NCBI GenBank assembly: GCA_051362555.1
Contig: CM120644.1
Location: forward strand, 18,374,534 to 18,438,533
DNA from: Lingula anatina
Taxonomy: Eukaryota > Animalia > Brachiopoda
DNA length: 64,000 nucleotides
Reading direction: 5' to 3'
Both the position numbers and the translations under genes were made by a program. The notes under the pieces are model-generated. The model made no database searches, was not told the origin of the DNA, and worked only from the letters and a program-made list of their open reading frames with translations. The stretch's first letter is position 1; the number at the start of each line of letters is the position of its first letter. This document shows, piece after piece, positions 12,945 to 26,721 of this stretch.

Positions 12945-14605
12945 CAGGGTTACCACTTAATATGGAATATTATTTTTTGGCGAGTAAATGTTCTACAAAA
13001 TATTTTATTTCTCTCTAACTGTTTTAAATCTAAAACTGAGGTGTCACTCCATGTGTAACCAGGTGTATTACCTAATTACCACACAACTCTCGAAACAATT
13101 GATGCATGCAGTTGCATGTTCTGTGGTCAGAAATGTGAGGGGTGATTTTTTCGGCAATTTCTGCCCTTGTACAAAAACACATGGGTTTGGTCAATCTTTG
13201 GAGTGTGTTTAGAGAAGCAACAAAGGGATCGCTCTGAAACTTGACAGGTACCTTAGTGAAGATATGGTTCGACATCTACGCAACGCAACTTACTATGGGA
13301 TTCTTGCTCTCAGAGAAAATGGCCAGAAACAGACAGCAATTGCCAGGTAATTCAACATTTAACAGGAACCGTTTGTAAAGTCCACCAAAGAAATGCTGCA
13401 ACAGGGGCACCTACTCCAATACCTCGACCAGGGTGTCCCCGTATCACACTAAGAAGACAGGACCGCCATCTCCTTAGAGGACGCCGTGCTGGTCGTACAA
13501 AGACAACCAGTGTCCTCAGAAAAGAGAGGCAGAATGTTATTTAAACGCCCGTTTCAAGGTCCCTCGTGAACAAGAGATTACTGCATGCCAGTTATTTTGC
13601 ACGAAGGCCAGTAGGGAAACCACAGTTAACAGCAGGTCATATACAGCGACGTCTGCAATGGGCTGGGGACCACGTGCGTTTGCAGCCAAAACACTGGAAT
13701 CGCGTCGTTTTCAGTGATGAGGCCAGATATGAATTTTTTGGGGTTGATGGTCGAATCCGTGTTCACCGACGTGTACGAGGGACATAAAACGATGATTGTG
13801 TACTGCCTAGGGTGCAAGCAGGGGATGGTAACGTCTCTGTTTGGGGAGCATTTTATGTCGGTGCCCAGAGCCAGTTGGTTTCTCTAGGAGGCAACCTCAT
13901 CCAGGATTCCTACAGAGGCATTCTACAGCAAACAATACTTCGATAGGTAAGAGTCATCTTCAGGAACAAATTTGTGTACCAAGACGACTGCGAAACCCCA
14001 CATCGAGCCCGCAGAATCACTGATTTTCTTCAAAACCAATGGGTTCAGCAACTGCCCTGGTCTGCAAACTCTCCAAATTTGAACCCAATTGAAAAACTTT
14101 GGGCAAAAGTAACTCACAGAATTAATAGCTATGGTCATCATCCGGTAAAAAGTGATGAATTGCGACAGGCAAATATCACTGCGTGGAATGATGTTCCCAT
14201 CCAAACTCTAAAAAAACGTGTCACAGGATATGCCATGTAGGATGAGGGCGCTGCAAGCGGCTGCTGGAGGTCATACCCGCAATTACTGACTTTTCATGAT
14301 TTACTGTAGTGAGTTCTTTGACTGTGTAACATATCACTGTCCGGAGGCTATCATTTTCTTTAATACCTTAGCTTAAAGTTAATACTTACATCAAAATGTT
14401 GATATGGTTTTCTGAGGGTGTTCCTTTCTTTTGTATGGCATCTTATGTCAGATTTGATATTATTGACCAAAATATCTCACAACAGAAGACTGGATGTTTG
14501 TATCACTCAGTGACATACTTTTTTTGATGAATCCAACCAAAAAAATTAAATCAGCACTCAAAAATAACAATGATAAAAAATATTCCATATTAAATAGCAA
14601 CCCTG
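12945..14605 (+). mobile_element. Second, older Tc1 (DD34E) transposon with degenerate transposase
   Basis: Imperfect TIR cagggttaccacttaatatggaata / tattccatattaaatagcaaccctg with TA TSD. Fragments VVFSDEARY and YQDDCETPH...WSANSPNLNPIEKLW show D-34-E spacing, with multiple stops and frameshifts. Confidence 0.88.
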
Positions 14606-15103
14606 TAGATATAGATAATATAGATAAATATATAGATAAAGCATAGATTACACCGGGCTAGTAACTAGAGATAATGCTGTCATATTTATTGTTCTTTACG
14701 ACTGATGTATAAATTTGATGTTGACTATCAAATTTTGTTGAAGGGGATAAGAGAGGGAAAAAGTCGGTCTCAGATCGGTCGTAGGCCCAGTGTAACAGGG
14801 AGTAAACATCTTTACATTCAAATGAAAACAGCAATTGAAACCGTGCGTTTGATACCAAGATTATTTTGCCGAGATGCTATTTTATGTAGCTATTGCGCCA
14901 GTATGGTTTTTGTTGTATTAAATGCTAAAAAAATGCAACAATACCGACGGAATTTTCATCGCCTGTGTTGTCAGCGGTGTTAGAATATTTGTTAGTGGGC
15001 CCATAGACTGCAGCATAACGTTGAGCTGCCTGGGCAAGGCGTGAAATTTGTCATAACATATCGCAACTGCATGTAACCTACCTACATGTACCCAGTAGCC
15101 ATA

Positions 15104-15359
15104 GACTGGGTTTCCATACCTAGATCAATCTAACAGGATCGGTCTATCTCCAAGGGGTTTCTCGCTAAATTGCTTTCAGCTTAAACGGCTTAGATGTCTG
15201 GCACGCCTACTGAAGCTGTTTAACGATAATTAATTACCCCCTAGCAGCTTCAGTAGGCGTGACAGACATCTAAACCGCTTAAGTTGATTGCAGTTTAGCT
15301 AGAAACCCTTGGAGATAGATCGATCCACAGTTAATACGATAGGGTTTGGGAATGGTCCC
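15104..15359. mobile_element. PIF/Harbinger-like palindromic MITE
   Basis: Internally palindromic element with agatcgatc motifs. A reverse-complement relative lies at 53437-53655 (TTA/TAA flanks). Confidence 0.6.
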
Positions 15360-16701
15360 TATGCACATATATGGGGCACACCTATTGTACATTTCAAAGT
15401 GTCTGTGCTGATTCACATGGCCTATATCAACCTTTGCCAAGTCTGGGAATCTACACATGACAAATAATGACTATTATACTAGCATTGTGAGTACTGTACC
15501 GTAGTCAGGGTCGTCAGCTCCTAATTTTTCCTAAGCTCGCCCCGAATGAGTACCACGGGCGGCACGCTCGGCTCTCACTATACAATGAACTAAACAACCA
15601 GAGAAAAAGACTTCAGACTATACCTTCCTATTCTATCATGCTTTTAACTGTTGCACCCGCACAGTAGTTTTTGTCGGTCTACTATCCTGGTTATATTCAC
15701 TATGTGTTCATATATAAGGCCACCTTGATTTAATTTTAAAACTGATATCCGCGCACGCATTATTGTTCGCCTGTTCTCAAAAATGACAAAATTATCGCTG
15801 TCCGCGTTTTTGTCCATTTAAAATAACTTGAAGGTCTGGGCTGTGGAAAAAATTTCTAATTTTAAATTTCTAATCACGGGGAGCGTGATTATAGATTGAT
15901 ATGCAATCGGTGTTGAGGGGTCGGGATATCTCCAAACTGTACAAAGGGACTGATGGCGGCGAGCGACTATCGTCTAAACTACTACAAAATCGTCCTATCC
16001 GGAGCGACTCACACCGTTTTAATTATTATTATTATTTATTTATTTATTTATTATTTTATTTATTCATTTTTTTTTATTTATTTATTTATTATTATTTTTT
16101 TTTTATTATTATTTTTTTTTATTTTGCAACGACGAAAGATCAGCGAGGAGAGGTGAGGTAGCCTTAAAGTGGGTTATACACTCGCCAGTTCGGTTGCTTT
16201 GTCCGGATTGAAGAGGACAATACGGCTACAATTCCTAGGTTAGATACAAAAAGTACATGACTGCTGACTCTTAAGCATTTCACGTAGTTGAATTTGCATT
16301 TCCAATTGTATTCCTTTTCTCTAGCAGCATTTTTGCCAGAGTTTTTTTATATAATTTTTTCGACCTCTGGCATTAGTTTCTAGGTCTCCAGAGGTTGGCA
16401 TCCGTAGAATTAACTCAGTGAGGCCTAATGGATAACGCGCGTTTCATGGCTTATTAAAGCGTAGCGAGTGGGAATCATTCTGCATACTCTGTGAAAAAAA
16501 TTGCCTGAAATAAAAGCATATAATCCAGAAGTTTACTTTCGTTTATATGCACTACATCCCTTGAAATCTGATTAAAAGATAATATTGTTGCACCGCTTTC
16601 ATTAGTTTGGCAAATATACTAAATGAGGTCAATAATGATAATAAGATATACAGGTCACAGAGATGAAATTTTCACGTTTGTCTAGTGCCAAAGTGCCTAT
16701 T

Positions 16702-16745
<44 letters not shown>

Positions 16746-17632
16746 TGGGTGGGGGGGGGTTAGATGGTTGAAATCATCAAAGCAACTAAAGAGGCACGGG
16801 GTTGACTTTTGTCTCACCAGATTTGCGTTAATCTTACCTTCCATATCCTGTCACAGACCGTCAACACTCCCGATCTTGTCGGGAGTCTCCCGACTTGGGG
16901 ACATATCTCGATATCTCCCGATTCTGACGAAAAATCTCCCGATCTATCAAGCTTTTCTCTGTTTCCTTTCGTTAGAAAGTGCGGTGACTTCATTCACGAA
17001 AATGTGCAATCACATAATTGCTCTCTAATATTCTTACACAATATATTGTGTCCTAGATGGAGGGTAGTGATCGCAGTTAACAATAAGAAAGGAATGCCAA
17101 AAACAAAACCAGAGACAATAAAGCCGCAATGAGACCTATCCCTTTAAATAAGAAACAGATAACGATTGGCAATGTTTTAAAATATTTAAGAATTGCCCAC
17201 TCAACATATTGAATATTATGAGTATCCGAAGAATTGGCCAATCAACACAGCGGAAATCCCCCATTGACGGGCCCTGGCTATGGACTGGCAATGTGAGCCT
17301 GCAATGTGAGCCTCTGTTGACCCCCTGAGCTTCACAGATACCTTGAAACTTGCCTCTACGCTATCGCCTACCCCGGCTGTTTCAAGTAGGCCTGATCTCT
17401 GAATCTCAGGGTGCTGTTGACAGACAAGCAAAAAACAAACTGATCTAAGTGCCTGGATAAAGTTATTTGAGAACCTCTCAGGCAAATGTATTAAAACAAA
17501 GCTGTCATTGAATGGTGTCATAATCTTGCTGTAAAATGCATCTGTCAATTGAAATGAATAGAAAAAAGCCTATCCAAAGTATTGATCTTAAATCATTTAT
17601 CATTACATGGTATAGAAAAGATGCATATGGCT

Positions 17633-17900
17633 GTTGCGGTAATGACTCGATCTTTTCAATGGCGAAAATTATCAATTTTTTAGATTCATTATTTAAGAAT
17701 CATTGAAAAAATATACTTCTGTGTAGCAACTGTGGTACTTTCTGAAAAAAAAATAGAATTATAAGGTAGCCTTTTTTTTTCAGTTTTGTTGCTACCACTA
17801 AAAAGAACGTTTTGATTTTAAGAATTAATGGTTCAGAAAATTACAGTATCTGTAAAATTCACATTTTTTTCCTGTGAAAAGATAGAGCCATTGCCGTAAC
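17633..17900. mobile_element. MITE with ~26-bp imperfect TIR
   Basis: gttgcggtaatgactcgatcttttca / tgaaaagatagagccattgccgtaac. The interior is similar to 2090-2340 and 3560-3770. Confidence 0.55.
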
Positions 17901-18669
17901 CTAGGCTGAGGTAAGAAACAATACATGTGTGAAGATTTCTTTAATTACTGCTTTGTCAAAGTTAAAGCATTGTAGTGCCTGGTGATAATAGTAAAAATGC
18001 ATTTCTAAATATCAATAAAATGAAAAAAAAACCACGATATTTTTAGATCTATTTTATTAAAGACAGTTTTCACATTGCAAGGTAAAAACATAATATGAAC
18101 ATGGCCCATACAGAGTGTAGGTATTTTCTGATATCACAGGGGTCTTTATAATAGCCTGTTCCAAAGTTAAAAAAGAGACTTTTCATCAGTTTTGTAACAG
18201 ACCATAACAGCGACCCGTGTGGTCAGCGAGTTGTCCGGACACACTGTTTGCGTAATTCATTTAAACTGTCATCGATAAATACATTTAAAAAACTGAAATA
18301 AGGAATGTGTGTATTGGGTCACAGCTAGTTGTCACAATATACAGCCGCAATAAATTAACTATTGGCCTATGGAAAGAGGTATCTTGGGCTGTCTATTTTT
18401 AAATTGTTAGATTTTTTAATTTATTCTTGCTTGAAGTTTCATAAATTATTCTTCTGTGTAAAAGTTTGCAAGTACTTGCTGTATTGAGCAGTTTTATTTT
18501 CATATATGAATATCTTCGTAGCAGTAGACATAACAATATCAGGAGTCAAGTGCCGTACGCTAATTCATAGGGGGACCAGTACTAGTTATTTGCACAAGAA
18601 GGTATTTATGGCTATTTGCAAATAAAGTAGGAGATCTGGATAAGTAAAGCCTACAGGCGTTGCGTATAG

Positions 18670-18890
18670 AGACCATTCCCACAGATAGTTAGATCGATCT
18701 ATCCCCCTGGGGAGTCTCACTAGATTGCTGTCAGCTTAACCGTTTTAAATGTCTGTCCCGCCTTCTAAAAGCTGTAAGAGGGTAATTAACTTTTGTGCGC
18801 GCTCGGCTCCCGGAAGCTGACAGCAATTTAGCGTGAAACCCCAGGGATTTAGGTCAATCCAGATGGATCGATCCAAAAATGTGGGAACCC
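18670..18890. mobile_element. Harbinger-like MITE, same family as 23189-23377 and 56108-56321
   Basis: Shares cattcccacagat...agatcgatctatcccc..ggagtctcactagatt and the taattaac centre with the other copies. Confidence 0.6.
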
Positions 18891-19018
18891 AGTATCACTG
18901 TTTCAGGTCGTATCGTGCCGATTATCGACAAAAACGCAGGTCAAGATAGTTAAATTTATAAAGCTGCGCTGGTGACTGTCTAAATTGCCCACCGAGCTGA
19001 CTTATGACATGAAAGATA

Positions 19019-21746
19019 AACAAGGCAGCAAAGCTGTCAAATGTACAGACAAAAAACAGAAAATAAAGATGCAAAATAGGTCATTTTGTCAATTTTGATG
19101 CAATAATAAATAATGCTTATAATAACACAGTCAGTTAACACTGATTTTTAATGATGCACAACAGGTAACATGGTCAATAACAGGAGCAGATCCAGAGATA
19201 TTTTCTGACAGTATTCCAAAGTATCTTTGTTGTAGATCCATCCTCCACTTTTGATGGTCTTCCAACAGAAAAAAATTGATACCAGTCAATGTAAACTTTA
19301 AAATCTGACCATCATCTGAAAGACCCAGAAGACGGCCTCAATCCACCCCTGCAATAAGATTACAGTTTCTGGACTATGAGAGTTCAAATTCACATAATGA
19401 AAATCCCAATATTTGAATAATGTTGACAGTGCATAAAATAATATTACATAATGTTTAAAGACATAAAAACCTATGCAACTGCTTATGTGGAAATACAGAA
19501 AATCTGAAGAGCTTCAGGTGGATGGGTGTTGAAAATGCCAGTGTTTAGAAAAAAATTAAAAAGAAAACAAAAAAAAAAAAAAAAATCCAATAAAGCTGCT
19601 ATTCAAACTTTTAATGTTGCTGTATTAACATGATATGAATAACCCCAATGTGTTTGAGGATAATAAGGCACTGTTATTCATCTATAGCATTAATGTTGGC
19701 ATTACACAAATTTTTTTCTTTTGTAAACTTATTTGCAATATTAAACAACATTTACCTGCATAATTATCACCAATTCCTAATTATGTGACACAGTTAAGAG
19801 AGCTTAACCTATAGGACTTGAATGGGAAATCTCAACGCGTATTTTATGTAATCTTATTTAATGGGCACTTGAAAATCAATTAGGCAAGTAATTTTATAGC
19901 TCTGAATTTAGCTAGTGATTATCCCAAGGGACAATTACCACCATCCATAAACAGTAGCCCCATATACTGTAGCACTCCATAGAGCTGCATTGCTTCCAAA
20001 ACAAAAAACAATCACACTGATTTCCAACACAAGCTACACTTCAGTCCTATGAAACTTTTCAGTAAGTTAGAATATTATAAGTAAAATGGTTTTTCCTTAA
20101 TGGTCATCCCAGCAGCAATGTCCAAAAAAGGTTTTTTTCATCTTTTATGCAATTTAACATATACTTAACAGCACAATGGCCATCAATTTTTAATATTAAA
20201 GTAAATGTATCATAGCTATTCAAAAGATGTGACTAGCAATGGTATTCAAGCCAATGGAAGTTCAAAGACTAAGTCACACCTTGAAAGTGTCCATATGTGA
20301 AAATTTTAATTGTAACAAAAAACTATATAATTTCCAAGAAAGTTAACCGATATAACAGGTTTTCCAACTGAAGCTGAAATTTAGTGCTATGCTACATTTC
20401 TGTAAGTTTGAGAAGAGTAAGTGACTTGGTTTTCCTTTAATGGTCACTATGGAGGCATTGTCTAAAATGGGGTTGTCTTCAATTTTGATGCAATATTACA
20501 TAATGCTTAACAGCATAATGACCATCAATTTTTAACAATAAAATAAAAGTATCATGGATATTCAGAAAATTTGATATGGAAAGGTCTTCAGGGCCATGGA
20601 AGTTCAGAGTCACAACTTCAAAATGCCAAAATGTACACAAGAGATAACTGTACTGAAATGAATTTCTTTCCACTTTCAACACTTTTTTTACATATATCAA
20701 AATAATCAATTTACTGTCGTTTTTAAATGATCAACTAAGAAAGTTGTTGACATAGGAAAAATATCAATAGAACAATTTTAAATGTCCAATTTGTTCCATT
20801 CTGAGATTCTGAACATGGTGAATGATTGAATCTGACAAACTGTAAAGATATGAGTTTATTTCCATTTTTGATACTTTATGACACAATGCACAATAACAGG
20901 TTTACCATCATTTTTATATAATCAACTAACAATATTGTTAAGATGCAGAAAATGTCAAAAGAACACCTTTACATTACTAATTAGTTCACAAATGAGATTG
21001 TTAACATGCCTAAGAATTAAATCCGAGGAAAAAAGACTTATATACAAAAAAAGGCACAATTTCACCAAAACTGAACCGATCAAGCTTATTTTCAAACCTC
21101 ATCTGTATTTTAGTAAATCTGATCACCCCTGTGAATTTCAAGACGATTGGCCAATTGATTTTCCTTGAAATGTGTTATCGGTGTTGCACATATGCTGAAA
21201 TAGTGAAAAAACAGCATAACTTCATAAAAATGGCCCGATCAGGCTGATTTTCAAACTTGACCTGCGTATTATGAATATTCATCATTTCAGTAACTTATAG
21301 GCCAAAAAGTAAAACAATTTTTCGCTTATCGTGTTATCGGTGTTGCATTTATGCTGAAAAAAAATGAAAAAATAGCATAACTTCCACAAATATGGCCCGA
21401 TTATGCTGATTTTCGAACTTGACCTGCGTATTAAGAATATTCATCAGTTCTGTAAGTTTCAAGCCAAAAGGTAAAACGGTTTTTCACTTATTGTGTTATC
21501 GGTGTTGCATTTATGCTGAAAAAAAGTGAAAAAACAGCATAACTTCCCTACAAGTGACCCGATCATGCTGATTTTCGAACTTGACCTGCGTATTATAAAT
21601 ATTTGTCAATTCTGTAAGTTTCAAGCTGAAATGAAAAACAGTTTTCCACTTATCGTGTTATCGGTAAAAGTGCACGGCGACGACGACGGCGACGACAGAC
21701 GCAGGTGATGGCTATATGTACAGACATATCTGTGTCTGTACATAAA
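19019..21746 (-). mobile_element. Non-autonomous Helentron-type (DINE-1/HINE-like) element with ~160-bp satellite units
   Basis: On the minus strand it starts in a T-run with the tgtacagac...gtctgtaca inverted motif and a (cgtcgc)n microsatellite, followed by 160-bp repeats (about 21050-21670). It ends with the subTIR gtctgtaca and the hairpin gacagctttgctgcc. A hAT5-like MITE is nested at 19181-19351. Confidence 0.8.
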
Positions 21747-22399
21747 AAGAATAAAGGTGACATTGTTCTTTCCCGATTAAAATCGTCATAACGTCCTCCG
21801 TTTGTGTGGACGGCAATGACAGGCCTGTAGCCAACAATTGCAATAGGGGGGTTCTTTTTCTGAAAATGTGGACCTTGTGGACCCTTTGTTCGTATGCCTC
21901 CATGTATGACTTTTTTCATCCATATTGAAAAATCTCCAAACATCTGACAGGGTATTATTTTTTACCCATGACTGAAAAGCCTCCTTCTGACGTTGAGTTA
22001 AATACAGAAAAGCCGGTGAAATATAAATACGAGTATGTTGGAAATAATCAAGAGAGAAGGCGTGTCCGTCTGTTAAACTGATTGCATTCAGCGAGACTCC
22101 CCTCGGAGTTGGATCGATCTACATAGAACGATAGTTTCATTGGGAATCTACCCTTAGCTATTTTTTAAAATAAATAAAATTAAAAATAGCTATTAAATAA
22201 ATTAAAATAGCTAAAACAAAATGCACTTAATTTGTGCATCGCTCAATTCGCTGTTTACTGATATGCCATGCTATTTATACTCCAACATGGAGAAACAGGG
22301 CATTCAATACAATATGTATACCTGTAGATAGATAGATTTTTATTTTACCAACTGCGAGCAGAATACAGAACAAACAGAACAAACAAAACAAAAAGTACA

Positions 22400-22700
22400 T
22401 TACATATACAATTAACGAATCTTCCGACCTTTCCTTCTCGGACAACGTCAAACATATATGGGCATAATTAGCCATTGAATTAATGTCACTCGTATTGTTA
22501 AAAAAGATGTTATGTCTGAAAAGTCTAGTCTATTGTAGTCTTCTCTTAACTGTTTTGTTTTTGGACAGAAACAAATTGCATGTTCTTCCGTCTGAACACA
22601 ATTTTCGTCAATTCTGCATGTGCACAGTCTCATATTTCTACGGCGATATTTCATGTACAGATAAGAGATTCTGATAAGAATCTTTTAGATAAGGCATCAA
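22400..22700 (-). mobile_element. 3' fragment of a non-LTR retrotransposon ORF2
   Basis: RLCTC...QTEEHAICFCPKTKQLR matches the C-terminal CCHC zinc knuckle of LINE ORF2 proteins. Confidence 0.6.
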
Positions 22701-23188
22701 AAGAGGCAGGGGCGGATTGCATGGGGGAGATAACTTCTAATACGATCTCTTTCCTCCAACTGAAAATGCTTCTTTTCAAAGGGGCCGGTTGAAAAGGTCG
22801 ATTCACCCCCTCCTGTCCTTCCTCTGAATGTAGTTCTTTTAACTTTCTAATTAGCAGTTATCCTTGTAAGGCTTAAAGTGGATCTCCCCTAATGCAGGTG
22901 TAGTTTGCACTTATCAGGTCGAGTGGGTCTTTTTTTGTTCGAAGATTTAACCGTCATATTGAGATTAGTCGCCTGTCAATATACAAATAAATAGAGTGGC
23001 ACAGGACCAGGTGGATAAAAAGCACAGGCTTCTAATAACCAGTCATATTGGCTCTTCCCCGGTTCATTACACTTGCATACATGTATGAATTCCCAACTTC
23101 TGGTAGTCCGCTAGGAACCATACTCCGTTCCCCATTATACTTTGTAGGTGACATTTGTCCCATATACTAACCCCAATACTGCGACTAA

Positions 23189-23377
23189 GACTGCATTCCC
23201 ATAGATTTAGATCGATCCATCTAGATCGACCTAACTCCCTGGGGTTCACGCTAAATTGCTGTCAGCCGACCACGCACTGAAGTTAATTACTCCCTTGCAG
23301 CTTTTGGTAGGCGGGACAGTAATCTAGTGAGACTCCCCACGGGGATAGATCGATCTAAAATCTGTGGGAATGGGGTC
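23189..23377. mobile_element. PIF/Harbinger-like MITE with TAA TSD
   Basis: Present in duplication unit 1 but absent at the homologous site of units 2 and 3 (gcgacTAAccctaacc), so the ends and TSD are defined directly. TIR gactgcattcccatagattt / aaatctgtgggaatggggtc. Confidence 0.85.
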
Positions 23378-25308
23378 TAACCCTAACCTGTACTAAATAT
23401 ATGGGACCCGGGCTTCTGTTATTAGGGCTACCATTCATGACACACCTGGTCAAGCCAGTAAAGAAAGACTTGGGTTTCTCTACTGTAGCATTCTTAACTC
23501 ACCTTTGCAATCTGTTTCACAACTGTAGCATTTTTAACTCGGTTTGCAGTCTCTCTACAGCACCAATCTTATTGCTCTCAGATTTCTACTTCATAAATTG
23601 TTGTGAATATCAGAGTTTTAATCGCCTGTTTCACAGGATAATTTACAAACACTGGTAATTACGCGCTTCTTCTGTCCATGTCTGCTATATCTCCCTTCAC
23701 GCACTTAAATTTCTATTAAACATACATACGGTACTGTAATTGAATAATACGAAAGCTTGTGTCCCACAATTAACTTAACTGATAGCATCTGAAATATTCT
23801 AAAATGATGCAATCTATAAACAAGTATATCTTTATTTTCTACCCCAAAAGAAAATATCAGCGTAGGCGTATGTGTAGCAGCAGTGGCGTCTCTCTCACAG
23901 TTTTGAAAAAGACGGGTATGGTCGTGTTGCTGCTAGTGATGCACCGCGCAACCACTTTACAGCAAGCTAGACGATGACCCTTTAACACAAAACAATTAAC
24001 CGACGTTATATATTTTATGGGCACATTCGGGACTAAGAAAGCCAGGAGATGTAGTTACCCTTTGTACCTAGTATTTTAAGAGTGATTGTGTAAAAGAGAC
24101 AATATTAATGAGAAATATTTATCTTATGAACGCACTTCCGGGTTGGGGGTCCAACCCCCTTTGATGTCAGTGCCTAAAAGCTGCTGACCCCGGCCCATAA
24201 TTCAACTCTCCCATCTTTTACAAAATATTGCATATACATGTACGTTATTGTAGCTTGCATCCTTCCAAGATCGATGCTAATTCAGTTCATGATAATGCCA
24301 TCTTGATTTATCAACAAAAAGATATGGGTGTCATATTTTAAAAGTTGTAATTGATTCAAATTATTGTAATGGAGTCGCAAGCGTGAGAGCGCGACTCAAT
24401 AGTTCTTTATCTATTGCAATAGCTTTTATCTTTTTTATAGTTCTTTATCTTTTTCCTCTTTAAGTTAATTTTGTCACGCCAATTTACTAGAGGTATAGAT
24501 TCTGTAAAGAGTAGTTTTGGATTACATGAAAGTTGAATCGATTGTGTTTTGCTCTCTCTCTTGGTCAAACTGAAATCGAAAATCGTGACTCGATAGATGA
24601 GTTCTTATTACAACTCCTTTCTCGGATCAAGAGCGTCTGAAGTGAGACCTTAACAGAGCCCGTTCAAATCTTACGTCACTGTTGCATAGTCAGGCATATT
24701 ACTAAAACTCAACACAAAGCACTGCATCATCCCTGTGGCCTGTACATATAGTAGTAGATAATTGCCCTAGTATTTGACGATGCATTATCTACGTCTCAGA
24801 TTAAAGACAACTTTGTGCATACATGTATTAGCTTCAGTAAACCTACCCAGTTATAACACTGCATGCACCATGACAACGGTACACAATATCTGAGTACATA
24901 ACAAATTACAGGTTACCCATCAAATAATAAACAAGCATTATGATAGATATCTCAAGAGCTACAGATACCATTCTATAATAACATGTCGCATACAACTGAT
25001 AAATATATAGATAGCCTTCTAACTTAGTAATCACTGTATCATGCATAGTCAAGTAGACAGGTAGCTGTGGGGCAAACGTGGGACCCCCCCCCCTTCCCCC
25101 CTCCCCTCACAGGTAGGTAAATTATTACCTTCAACTTAAGATGTGCAAGATATGTATCAATGTTGAGCACAGCTTCAATTCCGGCGCCTGTCTGCAGAAA
25201 AAGATTATAAACAAAGATTGTTGATGTCATTTTGAAAACATTTTCTTGGACAAAAGCTCTAAAAGAAAGCAACTTGCTGATTGATTGAAAAAAATTAAGG
25301 TAAACAGT

Positions 25309-26721
25309 ATGTTTCGGAGCATAAAATACAGGGCTAAGATTTACAGGCGCCCATTGCTGGTGCTATTTGTGGTCTTTCAACTTAGTGTGCTATACTTCAT
25401 TTCAATGGAGGACAAAATTCACAGACGCCTTAATGAAAAGGAACTAGCGTCTTTTCATCAGCAAACTGGACGAATTGGCGAACAAGAACTGAAGCAAACT
25501 GCTGAAAGTTTCGAAGCTACATGCAAAGCAAAAGCAGCCAGGCGTTTTCCAGATCTGTACACTATTGCTTCAGCTCAGTTGGATGAAATAAATGCGGAAG
25601 ACCAGCATTTCGTCTCATATAAAGGAACTCGATGTTTCAAATTTGGTACTCTTAGGCGAAATGAAAAGAATGGGTGTGTTTGTCAGAAGAGCTGGACTGG
25701 AAACGCCTGCAGCATACCAGAAGTTGCACGAGTCGGGATATCTAAACTCCCACAAGAAATTCAAAGAAAAATAAAAGTTCGCAGACATCCAAGAAAGGTC
25801 GTCATTTCAATGCTCCTGAATCACGAATTTGACACTTTGGAAGCGCTTTTGCACGAGCTAACAGGGTTGGTCGACGTAGTGATGATAGAAGAGTCGAATT
25901 TCACGCTTCACGGGGACCCAAAATTACCTTTGTTATACCAAAAACTACAAGATGGATATTTGTGCGATTTTTACTCAAATATCATCTATATTTATTTAGA
26001 CCACTTTTTGGCAGACGGTAAAAAGCACGGATTTAAAATGGATCGGTATGCAAGAAACTTCCTCAAAAAAGGATTCCCAAGTATTGCAGCACTACGACCG
26101 GACGATCTGTTTTTTCATCTTGACGCCGACGAAGTCCCGTCCTGTGATGCAATAGCCTTTCTCAAATTCCATGACGGGTACCCTGAGCCCTTTGGCTTTG
26201 TTCTGAGGTGGTCTGTGTACGGATATTTCTGGAAAATGAACCGTGTTTTGAAATTGAGCTCCCCGGGGTGTTCGATAGGCATGCTCCGCCAAGTTTTTGA
26301 CAACCAACCTGGTACGCTGCGAAAAGGATTAGGCGAGGTAAAAAAGAGTAAGGTATCAGAATACAAGAAAGGAGGAAACGATGTATTGGTATGGCAACTC
26401 GGGGAACAGGGTAAATTTGCCGGATGGCATTGTTCATGGTGCTTCGATATAAATGGCATCAAAACGAAGTTGACATCCGCCTTGAGTGGGGATGGAGAGC
26501 GTTTTGGTGATGATCCGAAAAAGCAGAAATTGGACTTCCTTCGTACCTTAGTGAGAGAGGGACGCTGGTTTGATGGCAATTATCTGGAGCCAAAAGGCAT
26601 GAAGATGGCCTCTCCCGTTACCGACAAGTTTTTCGCACCTAATTTTATATTATCAAATAAGGAGAGGTTTAAACATCTTATCACAAACTATCTTTTGGAT
26701 GAAAACGAAAAAACAACTTAA
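25309..26721 (+). CDS. MGAT3: MGAT3/GT17-like glycosyltransferase, copy 2 (470 aa)
   Basis: ATG at 25309 (MFRS start shared with copy 1), intact ORF with the DADE and GWHCSWCF motifs. Confidence 0.9.
   Translation: MFRSIKYRAKIYRRPLLVLFVVFQLSVLYFISMEDKIHRRLNEKELASFHQQTGRIGEQELKQTAESFEATCKAKAARRFPDLYTIASAQLDEINAEDQHFVSYKGTRCFKFGTLRRNEKNGCVCQKSWTGNACSIPEVARVGISKLPQEIQRKIKVRRHPRKVVISMLLNHEFDTLEALLHELTGLVDVVMIEESNFTLHGDPKLPLLYQKLQDGYLCDFYSNIIYIYLDHFLADGKKHGFKMDRYARNFLKKGFPSIAALRPDDLFFHLDADEVPSCDAIAFLKFHDGYPEPFGFVLRWSVYGYFWKMNRVLKLSSPGCSIGMLRQVFDNQPGTLRKGLGEVKKSKVSEYKKGGNDVLVWQLGEQGKFAGWHCSWCFDINGIKTKLTSALSGDGERFGDDPKKQKLDFLRTLVREGRWFDGNYLEPKGMKMASPVTDKFFAPNFILSNKERFKHLITNYLLDENEKTT

Noticed and set aside
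9343-14605. Composite transposon made of two Tc1 elements flanking MGAT3-like copy 1
   Set aside because: The two elements have different TIRs, separate TA TSDs and different ages, so they are independent insertions.
17216-17548. 110-aa minus-strand ORF
   Set aside because: No recognisable domain or splice context; it lies among degenerate repeat fragments.
25285-25308. TTG-initiated N-terminal extension MKKIKVNS of MGAT3 copies 2 and 4
   Set aside because: ORF-finder alternative start; the ATG (MFRS) aligns with the start of copy 1.
26092-26579. Antisense and alternate-frame ORFs over the MGAT3-like genes, recurring in each copy
   Set aside because: Shadow ORFs that recur only because the genes are near-identical duplicates.
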